In this document: positions 56,865 through 64,000 of the stretch, one piece after another | Numbering within the stretch: the stretch's first letter is position 1 | Layout: each line of letters begins with the position of its first letter | DNA from: a virus | DNA length: 64,000 bases | Strand: one strand, 5' to 3' | Virus record (IMG/VR): IMGVR_UViG_3300036670_000209 | Span: 39,040 to 103,039 of that record | Program-made: the position numbers and the translations under genes | The notes under the pieces: generated by a model | Database searches by the model: none | What the model was told of the DNA's origin: nothing | The model's input: only the letters and a program-made list of their open reading frames with translations

Positions 56865-57185
56865 TCACTGATCAGTGGAGGGTAGCCCATCTGCACTGAT
56901 GGAGTCATCGGACCCTGGCGCATATACCCTGGTGCGCTGGCTCAGTGCATCTGTTTTGGTATAGGAATAAATCTCACCATCAGGAGTGAGCCCCTGCTCC
57001 ACCCCATCAGCTCCGGCTGCACCCACCAGCTGAGCATGCTCACTGACCAGAGTTACAAAACGATGTCCTTGTTTTCTAGTGGACTCGATCATGGCCAGGG
57101 CCTGAGATAGGGTGTTGGCTATTTGGCCAGATACCTGACCTGTGGAAATATTGGTATGATAAATCATGTATTCAATTTGTTGCAT
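56865..57185 (-). CDS. Hypothetical protein
   Basis: Start moved to MQQIEY. Confidence 0.6.
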   Translation of the reverse strand: MQQIEYMIYHTNISTGQVSGQIANTLSQALAMIESTRKQGHRFVTLVSEHAQLVGAAGADGVEQGLTPDGEIYSYTKTDALSQRTRVYAPGSDDSISADGLPSTDQ

Positions 57186-57205
57186 GTATGTTCCCTGAGT
57201 TAATT

Positions 57206-57610
57206 TTATGGTGCAACTGCGCCAAGAGTTTCCCAGGTTTTTTGCTTTTCCCAGGAAATAATCACAGCATCTGACCAATTGCTACGAATATTATGAGTGT
57301 TTTGGCACCACTGCTGCACCAGGAGCTTGCTGCCATAACTACCCATTGGGGCTGATTCCACTACCCACTTGGCCATGCCCCAGATGGATTTACGTGATGC
57401 AATATCTGCGCAATACACTGCCGAAAATAAATCATTACATAGCATGGTGTAAACGAAACTACCTGGCTCCAATCCATATAAGAAATAGTTTTGCATACTG
57501 ATTTTCACATCCTCACTCACATGTGCATGTGCATCATCAGATATCAATCCAGCAAAATTTAATATGTATTCGGCCTGTCCTGCTGCATTGTATCCAAAAT
57601 ATTTTTTCAT
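57206..57610 (-). CDS. Hypothetical protein
   Basis: ORF track. Confidence 0.65.
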   Translation of the reverse strand: MKKYFGYNAAGQAEYILNFAGLISDDAHAHVSEDVKISMQNYFLYGLEPGSFVYTMLCNDLFSAVYCADIASRKSIWGMAKWVVESAPMGSYGSKLLVQQWCQNTHNIRSNWSDAVIISWEKQKTWETLGAVAP

Positions 57611-57936
57611 TGCGTTGCCTGTTCATAGGGAATTATATGCACACTGACCCCAGGCATATGACTGATTTTTTCTTGTATGTTGTGATAGATTCCGCTGGTA
57701 AATCCCGACATACCATAGTATTCTGGGCCCACTGGGCAATGATATATACTACCACTGATTTGCGGCAGGATCCAGTGATTGCTCTCCAGGGTAATACCCT
57801 GCATGCCACTGCTCAGTTTCCAGCTATCCCCACTGGAAAATCCACCATGCCAACTGGCTAAAATTTTACGGGTACGGCCGTGATCATCACTGTTGAATTC
57901 CAGCACCATCCACAGATCAGGGATATATATACTCAT
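57607..57936 (-). CDS. Hypothetical protein
   Basis: ORF track; ATGA coupling. Confidence 0.65.
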   Translation of the reverse strand: MSIYIPDLWMVLEFNSDDHGRTRKILASWHGGFSSGDSWKLSSGMQGITLESNHWILPQISGSIYHCPVGPEYYGMSGFTSGIYHNIQEKISHMPGVSVHIIPYEQATQ

Positions 57937-58319
57937 TTTGGTACACTTTCTAGATGTTTACATTTTCCACGGAAACTGAATCCACTACAGGTGCAGGTCC
58001 AGGATTTTCCCTGCTCAGTGAGGGTGTATGATTTACCAGTACTACCCTGAACCATTATGGTACGAGCAGTACTGGTGGCCGCCAGGGCAGTGCTATCAGT
58101 TGTTTTTGCGATACTGGGCATCACATACCCAAAGCTGTTGTCAATCTTTTGAAATTTGCGGCCACGAGTGCTGAATTTAATTGGAGTTTTAAATGTAAAA
58201 ACCTGTGTCTTGCCCAGGGGAATATATGCTACCATTCTGCTTTTATCATCAGTGAGTAAATAGGTATGATTAGGTATCGCTGCATTATCCCACAGTGTGG
58301 TCTCAAGGAAAAAATTCAT
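57933..58319 (-). CDS. SWIM zinc-finger protein
   Basis: CTC.GF..RG.CKH. Confidence 0.75.
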   Translation of the reverse strand: MNFFLETTLWDNAAIPNHTYLLTDDKSRMVAYIPLGKTQVFTFKTPIKFSTRGRKFQKIDNSFGYVMPSIAKTTDSTALAATSTARTIMVQGSTGKSYTLTEQGKSWTCTCSGFSFRGKCKHLESVPK

Positions 58320-58406
58320 GTTACACCTTCTGTGGCAAGTTAATTCAATAGTTTACATTAAACCAATTACACAGTCAAACCGTTTTTGACTTGTATAATT
58401 ATGTGG

Positions 58407-58856
58407 TTACCAGGCCAACAGTTTGGCCTTTATCTCAGTGTAAAACAAATGGTACCTGGCCATGCGAGCAATATCTTTTTCAGTGACTTTCTTGAGTCTG
58501 CGTAGATCAGTGTTGTGGCGCAGGTCACAAATCTTAACCTTCATTGCATCCATGTTGGAGAACACTGCTTCTTTATATTCCTCCAATGTTTTCCCAGGAA
58601 TTTTGGTCAGTGCACGTATGCCCGTAATCACCCGATCGCTAAAACCAGCACTGTTCAGGTCTTCATAGGTTATACTGGTATCCTCAATTAAATCATGCAT
58701 CACTGCAATCATCTTTAATTCTTCATCATCATCCTCAAGAAAACTCATCACCTGCAGGGGATGCAAGATATAGGGATGGCCGCCACGATCAGTCTGCCCA
58801 GTGTGACCCTTGGTGGCCAGCATAATGGCCAGTGATATTCCCTCACCTTTTTTCAT
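58407..58856 (-). CDS. HD-domain small alarmone hydrolase-like protein (Mesh1/SpoT HD)
   Basis: H.GQ.D..G.PYI.HP, HD.IEDT, LTK, VK..D..HN. Confidence 0.85.
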   Translation of the reverse strand: MKKGEGISLAIMLATKGHTGQTDRGGHPYILHPLQVMSFLEDDDEELKMIAVMHDLIEDTSITYEDLNSAGFSDRVITGIRALTKIPGKTLEEYKEAVFSNMDAMKVKICDLRHNTDLRRLKKVTEKDIARMARYHLFYTEIKAKLLAW

Positions 58857-58927
58857 ATATTTCCTCTGTTAAATACAGTATATATTAAGTGAATTAAATA
58901 GTCAACTTTAGGTAAAATAATTGTATT

Positions 58928-59326
58928 TTATACGTATAAATGTGGTTTTTGCTGTCGACGCTGTGTGATTCTATGCAAAATTATGTCTCGTGCTGCTGGG
59001 GTTTCCTGCCAATCACCATAAAATATAGTGGGAAATCCATCAAAGGTTAAGACTCTGCTGGGGTCAGTTTTATACCCCCTGCTGGTCATTTCATCCATGA
59101 TCCTCACCAGTCGCTGCCGTACATAGTGCAGTTTGTTATAGAAAAATGTTACATGCCCTGCATTGAGTGTGAATAATTGCGGAACCCCTGCCAGAACTGC
59201 TGCCTGATCTCGTGCTTTGAGTGAACGACGTAAAGCTGCTGGTATCATGGTTATTTCACGATATTCAGCTATTAAATGCAGACGATGTAACTCAGATGGG
59301 CTCATGCCAGCGTTTATTCTTGTCAT
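58928..59326 (-). CDS. denV: Pyrimidine-dimer DNA glycosylase / endonuclease V
   Basis: MTRIN, HL.AEYREI, F.L..GHV.FFYNKL, EM..RG; promoter TTGACA-N17-TACAAT at 59332-59360. Confidence 0.9.
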   Translation of the reverse strand: MTRINAGMSPSELHRLHLIAEYREITMIPAALRRSLKARDQAAVLAGVPQLFTLNAGHVTFFYNKLHYVRQRLVRIMDEMTSRGYKTDPSRVLTFDGFPTIFYGDWQETPAARDIILHRITQRRQQKPHLYV

Positions 59327-59409
59327 GCGTAATTGTACAATAACTAAATTTTATTGTCAAACCACTTGTAAATGCGCATTGACTGTGTAACAATACACTG
59401 GTAGATAGA

Positions 59410-59870
59410 TTATTACTTACCCACTTGTTTGATTAGCGCTGGCTAATTCCCATTGAGTCTGCGTTGAAAGTTACACGCCGTCAGAACTTGGGTGGGGTAC
59501 GTGAGTGACCAACGTCAGGTCACAAAAGATAGCAGCTCTGTGAAAAAGATACAACTGCTGACTCAGACGATTTCGCCATTCAGGGATCGTATGGGTACCG
59601 CTAGTAGACAATGCTAGAGTAGGGGGTACCGGCTAACCGCCTCCGTCGTTTGTAAACGAATCTCTTTTGGAATGGTATGTAAAAGAACTCAGATGAGGGA
59701 AAATCATATTTTTGCCTGACCCAGGCAAATTATGACTGAATCTAGATGAATAGCTATGTTCAATACATGTTTAAGTCCGTGAAGTTTATATTGATCATGT
59801 TGTATAGGATCGGATTAAAAATGCTTCGAAGCGCAGCTGAAGAAGCAGATGAGTTTATCTCATCTCAGTG
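59410..59870 (+). ncRNA. Candidate large structured non-coding RNA
   Basis: No credible ORF; about 10 nested stems and a complementary loop pair; strand and ends are inferred. Confidence 0.45.
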
Positions 59871-59971
59871 TATATACTAAGCTGATATAAAATCGTTGTT
59901 ATAAATGCCATGCCACGATCGTGAGATTCAGAATTATTATTGGTTTGGTAACTGGTTAGCATAAGTAAGGT

Positions 59972-60283
59972 ATGACTAATTTTTTCATATGGATGCAACG
60001 GGATCAGGGATGGAAATCCATGCTGGCACTGGTGTATGCAATGATATGTATATTTGATTTTGTGGTGGTTCCTATTTGGATAGGCGCTAGCCACACGAGG
60101 TTGGATCTGGCACTGATTAGGGATTCGACTATACCATTACAAATACAATTGGAGCTGATACGTGTGGTTTATCAGCAGCACCAGCCCTTCACTCTTCAGG
60201 GTGGTGGGTTGTTTCATCTAGCATTTGGTGCTTTGCTCACTGGCAGCGCTCTGAGTAAATCCAAAGATAAATCCACTGATTAA
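59972..60283 (+). CDS. Holin-like membrane protein
   Basis: Two hydrophobic segments, basic C-terminus; AAGG RBS. Confidence 0.55.
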   Translation: MTNFFIWMQRDQGWKSMLALVYAMICIFDFVVVPIWIGASHTRLDLALIRDSTIPLQIQLELIRVVYQQHQPFTLQGGGLFHLAFGALLTGSALSKSKDKSTD

Positions 60284-60304
60284 AACATAACCAGGAAACA
60301 AATC

Positions 60305-61072
60305 ATGAAAATTAAAATGCCCAAAATAAAAATAAAAAACCCAATCAAAGTGATCACCCACGAAGTTAATCATACCATTGATAAAGTGGAACACATTGTG
60401 AGTCCAGTGGTAGACCCTGTGATCCACGTCATTGATGATCATATCCAGGATCCAGTGTCCAAATGGGGACAAACACTGGCGCAGGACACACAACTGGCAG
60501 TGTCCCACACCAAATCAGTGTGTGAGAGTCAGACAGCTGACTATGCCAAATTGGGACTGGATGTGACCTCTGATATTTGGATTCAGGGCAGCACAGAGAC
60601 AGTCAGACTGAGCTCACAGGGTGTTGATGTGGTGGTTGACGCCACTGAACAAGCTATCAAATATTTAGAGGAAAATGCATGTTACATGGGGTTGAACATG
60701 GCACTGACCCTGGGATGCGTGGAATACTTCACCCCCAAACCAGCACCTGCCGATCCTGGTACTGTGGCAAGTGTGGCCATGTCGGGCACGTACCTAAGCT
60801 GGGCTGCTACCAAAGGATCACAAATGGTCCTGGCCACCACACTGGGTGCGCTGGTTACACAGGGACTCATGCTGATTCCAGGAGTTAGTGGTGCAGTGGA
60901 TCGTAAATTACTTCAACGAGTGCTAACCAATGTGATTGGTACTATGAATCCCACAGTGCTCGCAGTCAGTCTGGCCACGCCAGCAGGTGCCGGGCTGTTT
61001 GTGGCGTCAGTGGTATCGCCGATTGTGGCTCAGATGGTGTGCAGTCACGTGGTTCCACGAGGCTGTAACTAG
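60305..61072 (+). CDS. Hypothetical protein with hydrophobic C-terminal half
   Basis: AGGA RBS; followed by terminator. Confidence 0.7.
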   Translation: MKIKMPKIKIKNPIKVITHEVNHTIDKVEHIVSPVVDPVIHVIDDHIQDPVSKWGQTLAQDTQLAVSHTKSVCESQTADYAKLGLDVTSDIWIQGSTETVRLSSQGVDVVVDATEQAIKYLEENACYMGLNMALTLGCVEYFTPKPAPADPGTVASVAMSGTYLSWAATKGSQMVLATTLGALVTQGLMLIPGVSGAVDRKLLQRVLTNVIGTMNPTVLAVSLATPAGAGLFVASVVSPIVAQMVCSHVVPRGCN

Positions 61073-61076
61073 TCAC

Positions 61077-61102
61077 AAAATGGGGACCTGGGTCCCCATT
61101 TT
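61077..61102. terminator. Bidirectional intrinsic terminator between convergent genes
   Basis: AAAATGGGGACC-TG-GGTCCCCATTTT. Confidence 0.85.
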
Positions 61103-61111
61103 CTCAACACG

Positions 61112-61606
61112 TCAGTGAGCTGGTGGTCTCAGAGCAGCCAATATATCATTGACCATGGAATTTTCAATGATATGCTGCACCAGGATACCCAGTTTAGTAC
61201 TCATGCATGTACCAGGGAAGTCCATATCCGGTAATCCCAGGTGAAAGTCACACTCATCAGGTGCAGAGAACACCTGGTTGGTATCAGCATAGGTACTGTG
61301 TGCGATGGTATCCATCCATACTACATAATCAGCTTTCAATAACTCACGCTGTAGCAGCAGTGGTGCCACCATGTCCACCAGCACCAGGTCTGCCACAGAC
61401 TGGTCAGCCAGTGATCTCATTCTACTGGCTTGACGCAGGCGTCCCTGCACACTAAAATCCCAGTCATTAAACTGTTCACGAATTTTATCTGCGTTGAACC
61501 ATTCCACTGTCAGTGCATGGTCAGTGGTCAGCTGTGTGTACATACTCTGTGCGCAGGTGGTTTTGCCAGAGCCAGGCAGTCCCATGATTAATATCAGCTG
61601 ACTCAT
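61112..61606 (-). CDS. Adenylylsulfate-kinase-like P-loop protein
   Basis: MGLPGSGKTT, NAD.IR....DWDFS..GR.RQ..RM, VAP....R. Confidence 0.7.
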   Translation of the reverse strand: MSQLILIMGLPGSGKTTCAQSMYTQLTTDHALTVEWFNADKIREQFNDWDFSVQGRLRQASRMRSLADQSVADLVLVDMVAPLLLQRELLKADYVVWMDTIAHSTYADTNQVFSAPDECDFHLGLPDMDFPGTCMSTKLGILVQHIIENSMVNDILAALRPPAH

Positions 61607-61612
61607 AATATA

Positions 61613-62077
61613 TTAAACTGCTTCAGACTCGGACAGTGTGGCCACGATCTTGTCCATGACAGCCTGTGCCGATCGAGCTCGAATTTCTTCCAGGTTTGCC
61701 TGAGTAACTGGGGCCAGCACTGGGCCGCGTGGCAACTTGTTACTGAGTACTGGACCAGCCAGTACCTGTTTGGAAACTTTTGCCACACGTACCTTGGCCA
61801 CACGGGCGACTTTTACCTGATCAGTAACTGGATCATACATCTCAGCGCGGCCGTCAATGGCTTCACGGTATTCAGCGCGGTTGTACAACTCAGTGGTCTT
61901 GAGAAAAGCAACCATTTCGGTCTTGGTCATCTCGTGTGGAGCTTCAATCAATTCAATTTCGGTGTTGCCTGCTTTGGTCAGACCCTTTACGTACATCAAA
62001 TCATGTGTAAAACGGACCTTGAACTGACCATTAATTTTGGAAACGCCACCGACTTTGAACAATTTAGAATTTGACAT
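61613..62077 (-). CDS. Hypothetical protein
   Basis: Start moved to MSNSK; promoter TTGACA-N17-TATAAT at 62139-62167. Confidence 0.65.
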   Translation of the reverse strand: MSNSKLFKVGGVSKINGQFKVRFTHDLMYVKGLTKAGNTEIELIEAPHEMTKTEMVAFLKTTELYNRAEYREAIDGRAEMYDPVTDQVKVARVAKVRVAKVSKQVLAGPVLSNKLPRGPVLAPVTQANLEEIRARSAQAVMDKIVATLSESEAV

Positions 62078-62191
62078 ATTTGATATTTTCATTAGTAATT
62101 GAGTTAAAACACCATGCCCACACAAGGAGCATGTTCGAATTATAGTTTAAATTAAATTAATTGTCAACCATAATTCTGCAGGGTGCACCAG

Positions 62192-62320
62192 TTATTTGGT
62201 GGCATCCTTCATTATGGTCTGAGTCTGGCTCACGCCCCGGTCAGCCAATTTTGCCAGTCCGCTGAATCCCACTGTGGAAACAGCGATACCAATAACGATG
62301 CCGATAAAAATTTTAATCAT
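62192..62320 (-). CDS. 42-aa membrane peptide (not in ORF track)
   Basis: MIKIFIGIVIGIAVSTVGFSGLAK...DATK*. Confidence 0.5.
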   Translation of the reverse strand: MIKIFIGIVIGIAVSTVGFSGLAKLADRGVSQTQTIMKDATK

Positions 62321-62334
62321 TTGATATCCAGGGG

Positions 62335-62610
62335 TTAAACCAGTGTGAGCATGTGTGCTGGGATTCTCCAGCTGCCGTGCAGTGGAGTATTCACTGATAC
62401 AAATTTAACAGCAACCTTGGTTACATTTCCAGTGAGGGTTTGGTTGTTGCGGCTATTTGTCCAGCGCACCTGGCTGCCCACATGCAGCGTATTTTTCACA
62501 TCTCTGACCATGAGGACACGTGCAAACTTGATGCTGGTGATAATATCATTCAGCTGAGTATTGGACAGATTACCGGCAATAATGGTACGTACAATGTCTT
62601 CTGATGTCAT
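62335..62610 (-). CDS. Hypothetical protein with SH3-like C-terminus
   Basis: GGAG RBS; own promoter. Confidence 0.65.
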   Translation of the reverse strand: MTSEDIVRTIIAGNLSNTQLNDIITSIKFARVLMVRDVKNTLHVGSQVRWTNSRNNQTLTGNVTKVAVKFVSVNTPLHGSWRIPAHMLTLV

Positions 62611-62702
62611 AAACAACTCCGTTTTATTTAACTTATGATCTAATTCTACATTAAACCAATTAATGGGTCAACTGATGATATGTTGTTTCAGTACAACAGG
62701 AT

Positions 62703-62945
62703 CTACTCCTGTGCCACTGGCGATGAGTTCACATTGAATGATTGCTCCCAGATTTGATCTATGTTATTTTCTAAATCGCCAATCACCACTTGCAGTGGGT
62801 TGACCAATTCTAGATAATTTTGATATAAATCAGTTGGATCAAATGCCAGTTGTATTTGCACAATGGCAGATTTCAGTTGCATGATGGCCTGTGCTGCATG
62901 ATGTACCAACATCTTATCAGGATTAGAGAGTTTATTTGTGTGCAT
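62703..62945 (-). CDS. Hypothetical protein
   Basis: ORF track; own promoter. Confidence 0.55.
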   Translation of the reverse strand: MHTNKLSNPDKMLVHHAAQAIMQLKSAIVQIQLAFDPTDLYQNYLELVNPLQVVIGDLENNIDQIWEQSFNVNSSPVAQE

Positions 62946-62999
62946 TTATAATTCCCTGGGGTTTGGATGATATTATTCTACATTAACACATATTACGGG

Positions 63000-63197
63000 T
63001 CAATCGTGTGCAGCTGATATATACTCTCTAACCCATTCAATCCTGGTACTGGCGGGTATCCATTTTACACGTAGGCTGTTGGCTTTGCCTGGCTCAGCAC
63101 ATATCATAATCCACTCAGTGGCATCACTGAATCCCACCGTGTGCGCATGCCGAACAATTTCTACAATCTTATCGTCTATCTTGGCTATGGTGATCAT
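63000..63197 (-). CDS. Hypothetical protein
   Basis: ORF track; own promoter. Confidence 0.55.
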   Translation of the reverse strand: MITIAKIDDKIVEIVRHAHTVGFSDATEWIMICAEPGKANSLRVKWIPASTRIEWVREYISAAHD

Positions 63198-63250
63198 ATG
63201 TTGCCCGTTGTTGACATGATAATACAGTATATATTAAATGAATTTATCAG

Positions 63251-64000
63251 TCAATCAGTGGATCGAGGGCAGGCTAATTTCTTTGCACGGGCCAGTGCAG
63301 CAAAGTCCAAAGGCCATTCTTTGCCCACTGCCAACTCATGTGCACCCAGGGGCAGGGGAACGGATACATGCGACAAAGCAATCAGCGACGTGAGTAAAAT
63401 CCTGCGTTGGGTTAGATCGTTACCCAGTGCGCCCTGGTTGGGAAATATCCATGCAGCATATTCCATGGTGCTCATGTTTATGGCCACCTTCCACAGGCTG
63501 TGCGGTACGATCACGCCCGATCCAATGTGGCGGTCAGTTTCAGAATAGATGTTGCCTGCAATGATATCAAAATCCTGCGACAACTGATAACTCCAGGCAC
63601 CAGTGCTGGTTTCCAACAGTTTCCAGGCGCCGCGATTCACTGCTGGAGTTTGTGGGCTCATGTTGGTCATGATGAAACTTTCGTGTTCTACACTGGGACT
63701 CCAACTCTGGTGATTGTTATTGGCCAGGTGTCCCTGATCATAGCCTGATCCTGCATAGTCTGCGGGGGTGCTACTGTTGGGTACACTCTGATCAGTGCTA
63801 AACGCATTACTGCGTGGCTCACAGCCCAGTATATGTTTGGGAGTCAATCGCCAGGCTACCCAAGCTGGAATTTTTGCATGGGTATCAAACATGCTGTAGT
63901 AGCCCTCACGACAAATGCCCGTGGTCATTGGATTTGCAGCCACTGGTGTACCATATGGTACGTGTACTGCACAACTGGCCACTGGCAGTGGCTGGGCTTG
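63251..64000 (-). CDS. DNA/RNA non-specific endonuclease (NucA/EndA family), 5' end outside window
   Basis: P.WVA, Y.GSGYD.GHLA, ESF.MTNMSPQ...NRG.WK.LE; frame stays open to the edge. Confidence 0.88.
   Translation of the reverse strand, partial: QAQPLPVASCAVHVPYGTPVAANPMTTGICREGYYSMFDTHAKIPAWVAWRLTPKHILGCEPRSNAFSTDQSVPNSSTPADYAGSGYDQGHLANNNHQSWSPSVEHESFIMTNMSPQTPAVNRGAWKLLETSTGAWSYQLSQDFDIIAGNIYSETDRHIGSGVIVPHSLWKVAINMSTMEYAAWIFPNQGALGNDLTQRRILLTSLIALSHVSVPLPLGAHELAVGKEWPLDFAALARAKKLACPRSTD

Noticed and set aside
59855-60094. Minus-strand 79-aa ORF, and a tRNA/tmRNA or intron call for the neighbouring gap
   Set aside because: The ORF overlaps the plus-strand membrane gene; no T-loop/CCA cloverleaf, tag frame or group I/II catalytic motifs were found.
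62131-62145. GTTCGAAT resembling a tRNA T-loop
   Set aside because: No cloverleaf; it abuts the -10 box of a minus-strand promoter.
1-64000. Stop-codon reassignment, or a bacterial chromosome/prophage origin
   Set aside because: TAA, TAG and TGA all end well-formed genes at high coding density. Host-like genes (infA, erpA, SOD) are isolated among virion and phage replication genes, and no integrase or att site is seen.

Overview
This 64-kb window looks like part of a large lytic dsDNA bacteriophage genome (T4-like/jumbo myovirus style). It uses the standard genetic code, is densely coding, and is almost entirely on the minus strand; no tRNA, rRNA, CRISPR array, integrase or transposase was recognised. 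The left ~27 kb is an accessory region of small genes behind many near-consensus sigma70 promoters. It is dominated by one expanded family of ~25 paralogous 115-165 aa proteins in three translationally coupled arrays (1-4706, 9856-12507, 19784-22808). Each has a conserved MT.WSHLPNA.HID start, a conserved AILAL.AYD...YLTMTADQL.VW..L..DPAA.LLLPY end, and a hypervariable core built from 12-bp (DAAW/DAAR-type) repeats whose blocks appear shuffled between distant copies. This is my best candidate for an undescribed diversifying system. Two further expanded small-protein families occur (MNERI...KFAELIV.EC...HFG, 8 copies plus scars; C-terminal F.L[RK]W, 11 copies), along with direct-repeat-bounded insertions and deletion minigenes. 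The rest encodes UvsE, NadM-Nudix, an RNA repair trio, a TctA/TctC-like transporter, clamp loader, GroES, a short DnaE fragment, MazG, three virion proteins, ErpA, SOD, IF-1, DNA ligase, an HD alarmone hydrolase, DenV and a NucA-like nuclease. A ~450-nt ORF-free, stem-rich segment at ~59.41-59.87 kb is a candidate large structured ncRNA. All calls come from motif reading by eye; no searches were run.
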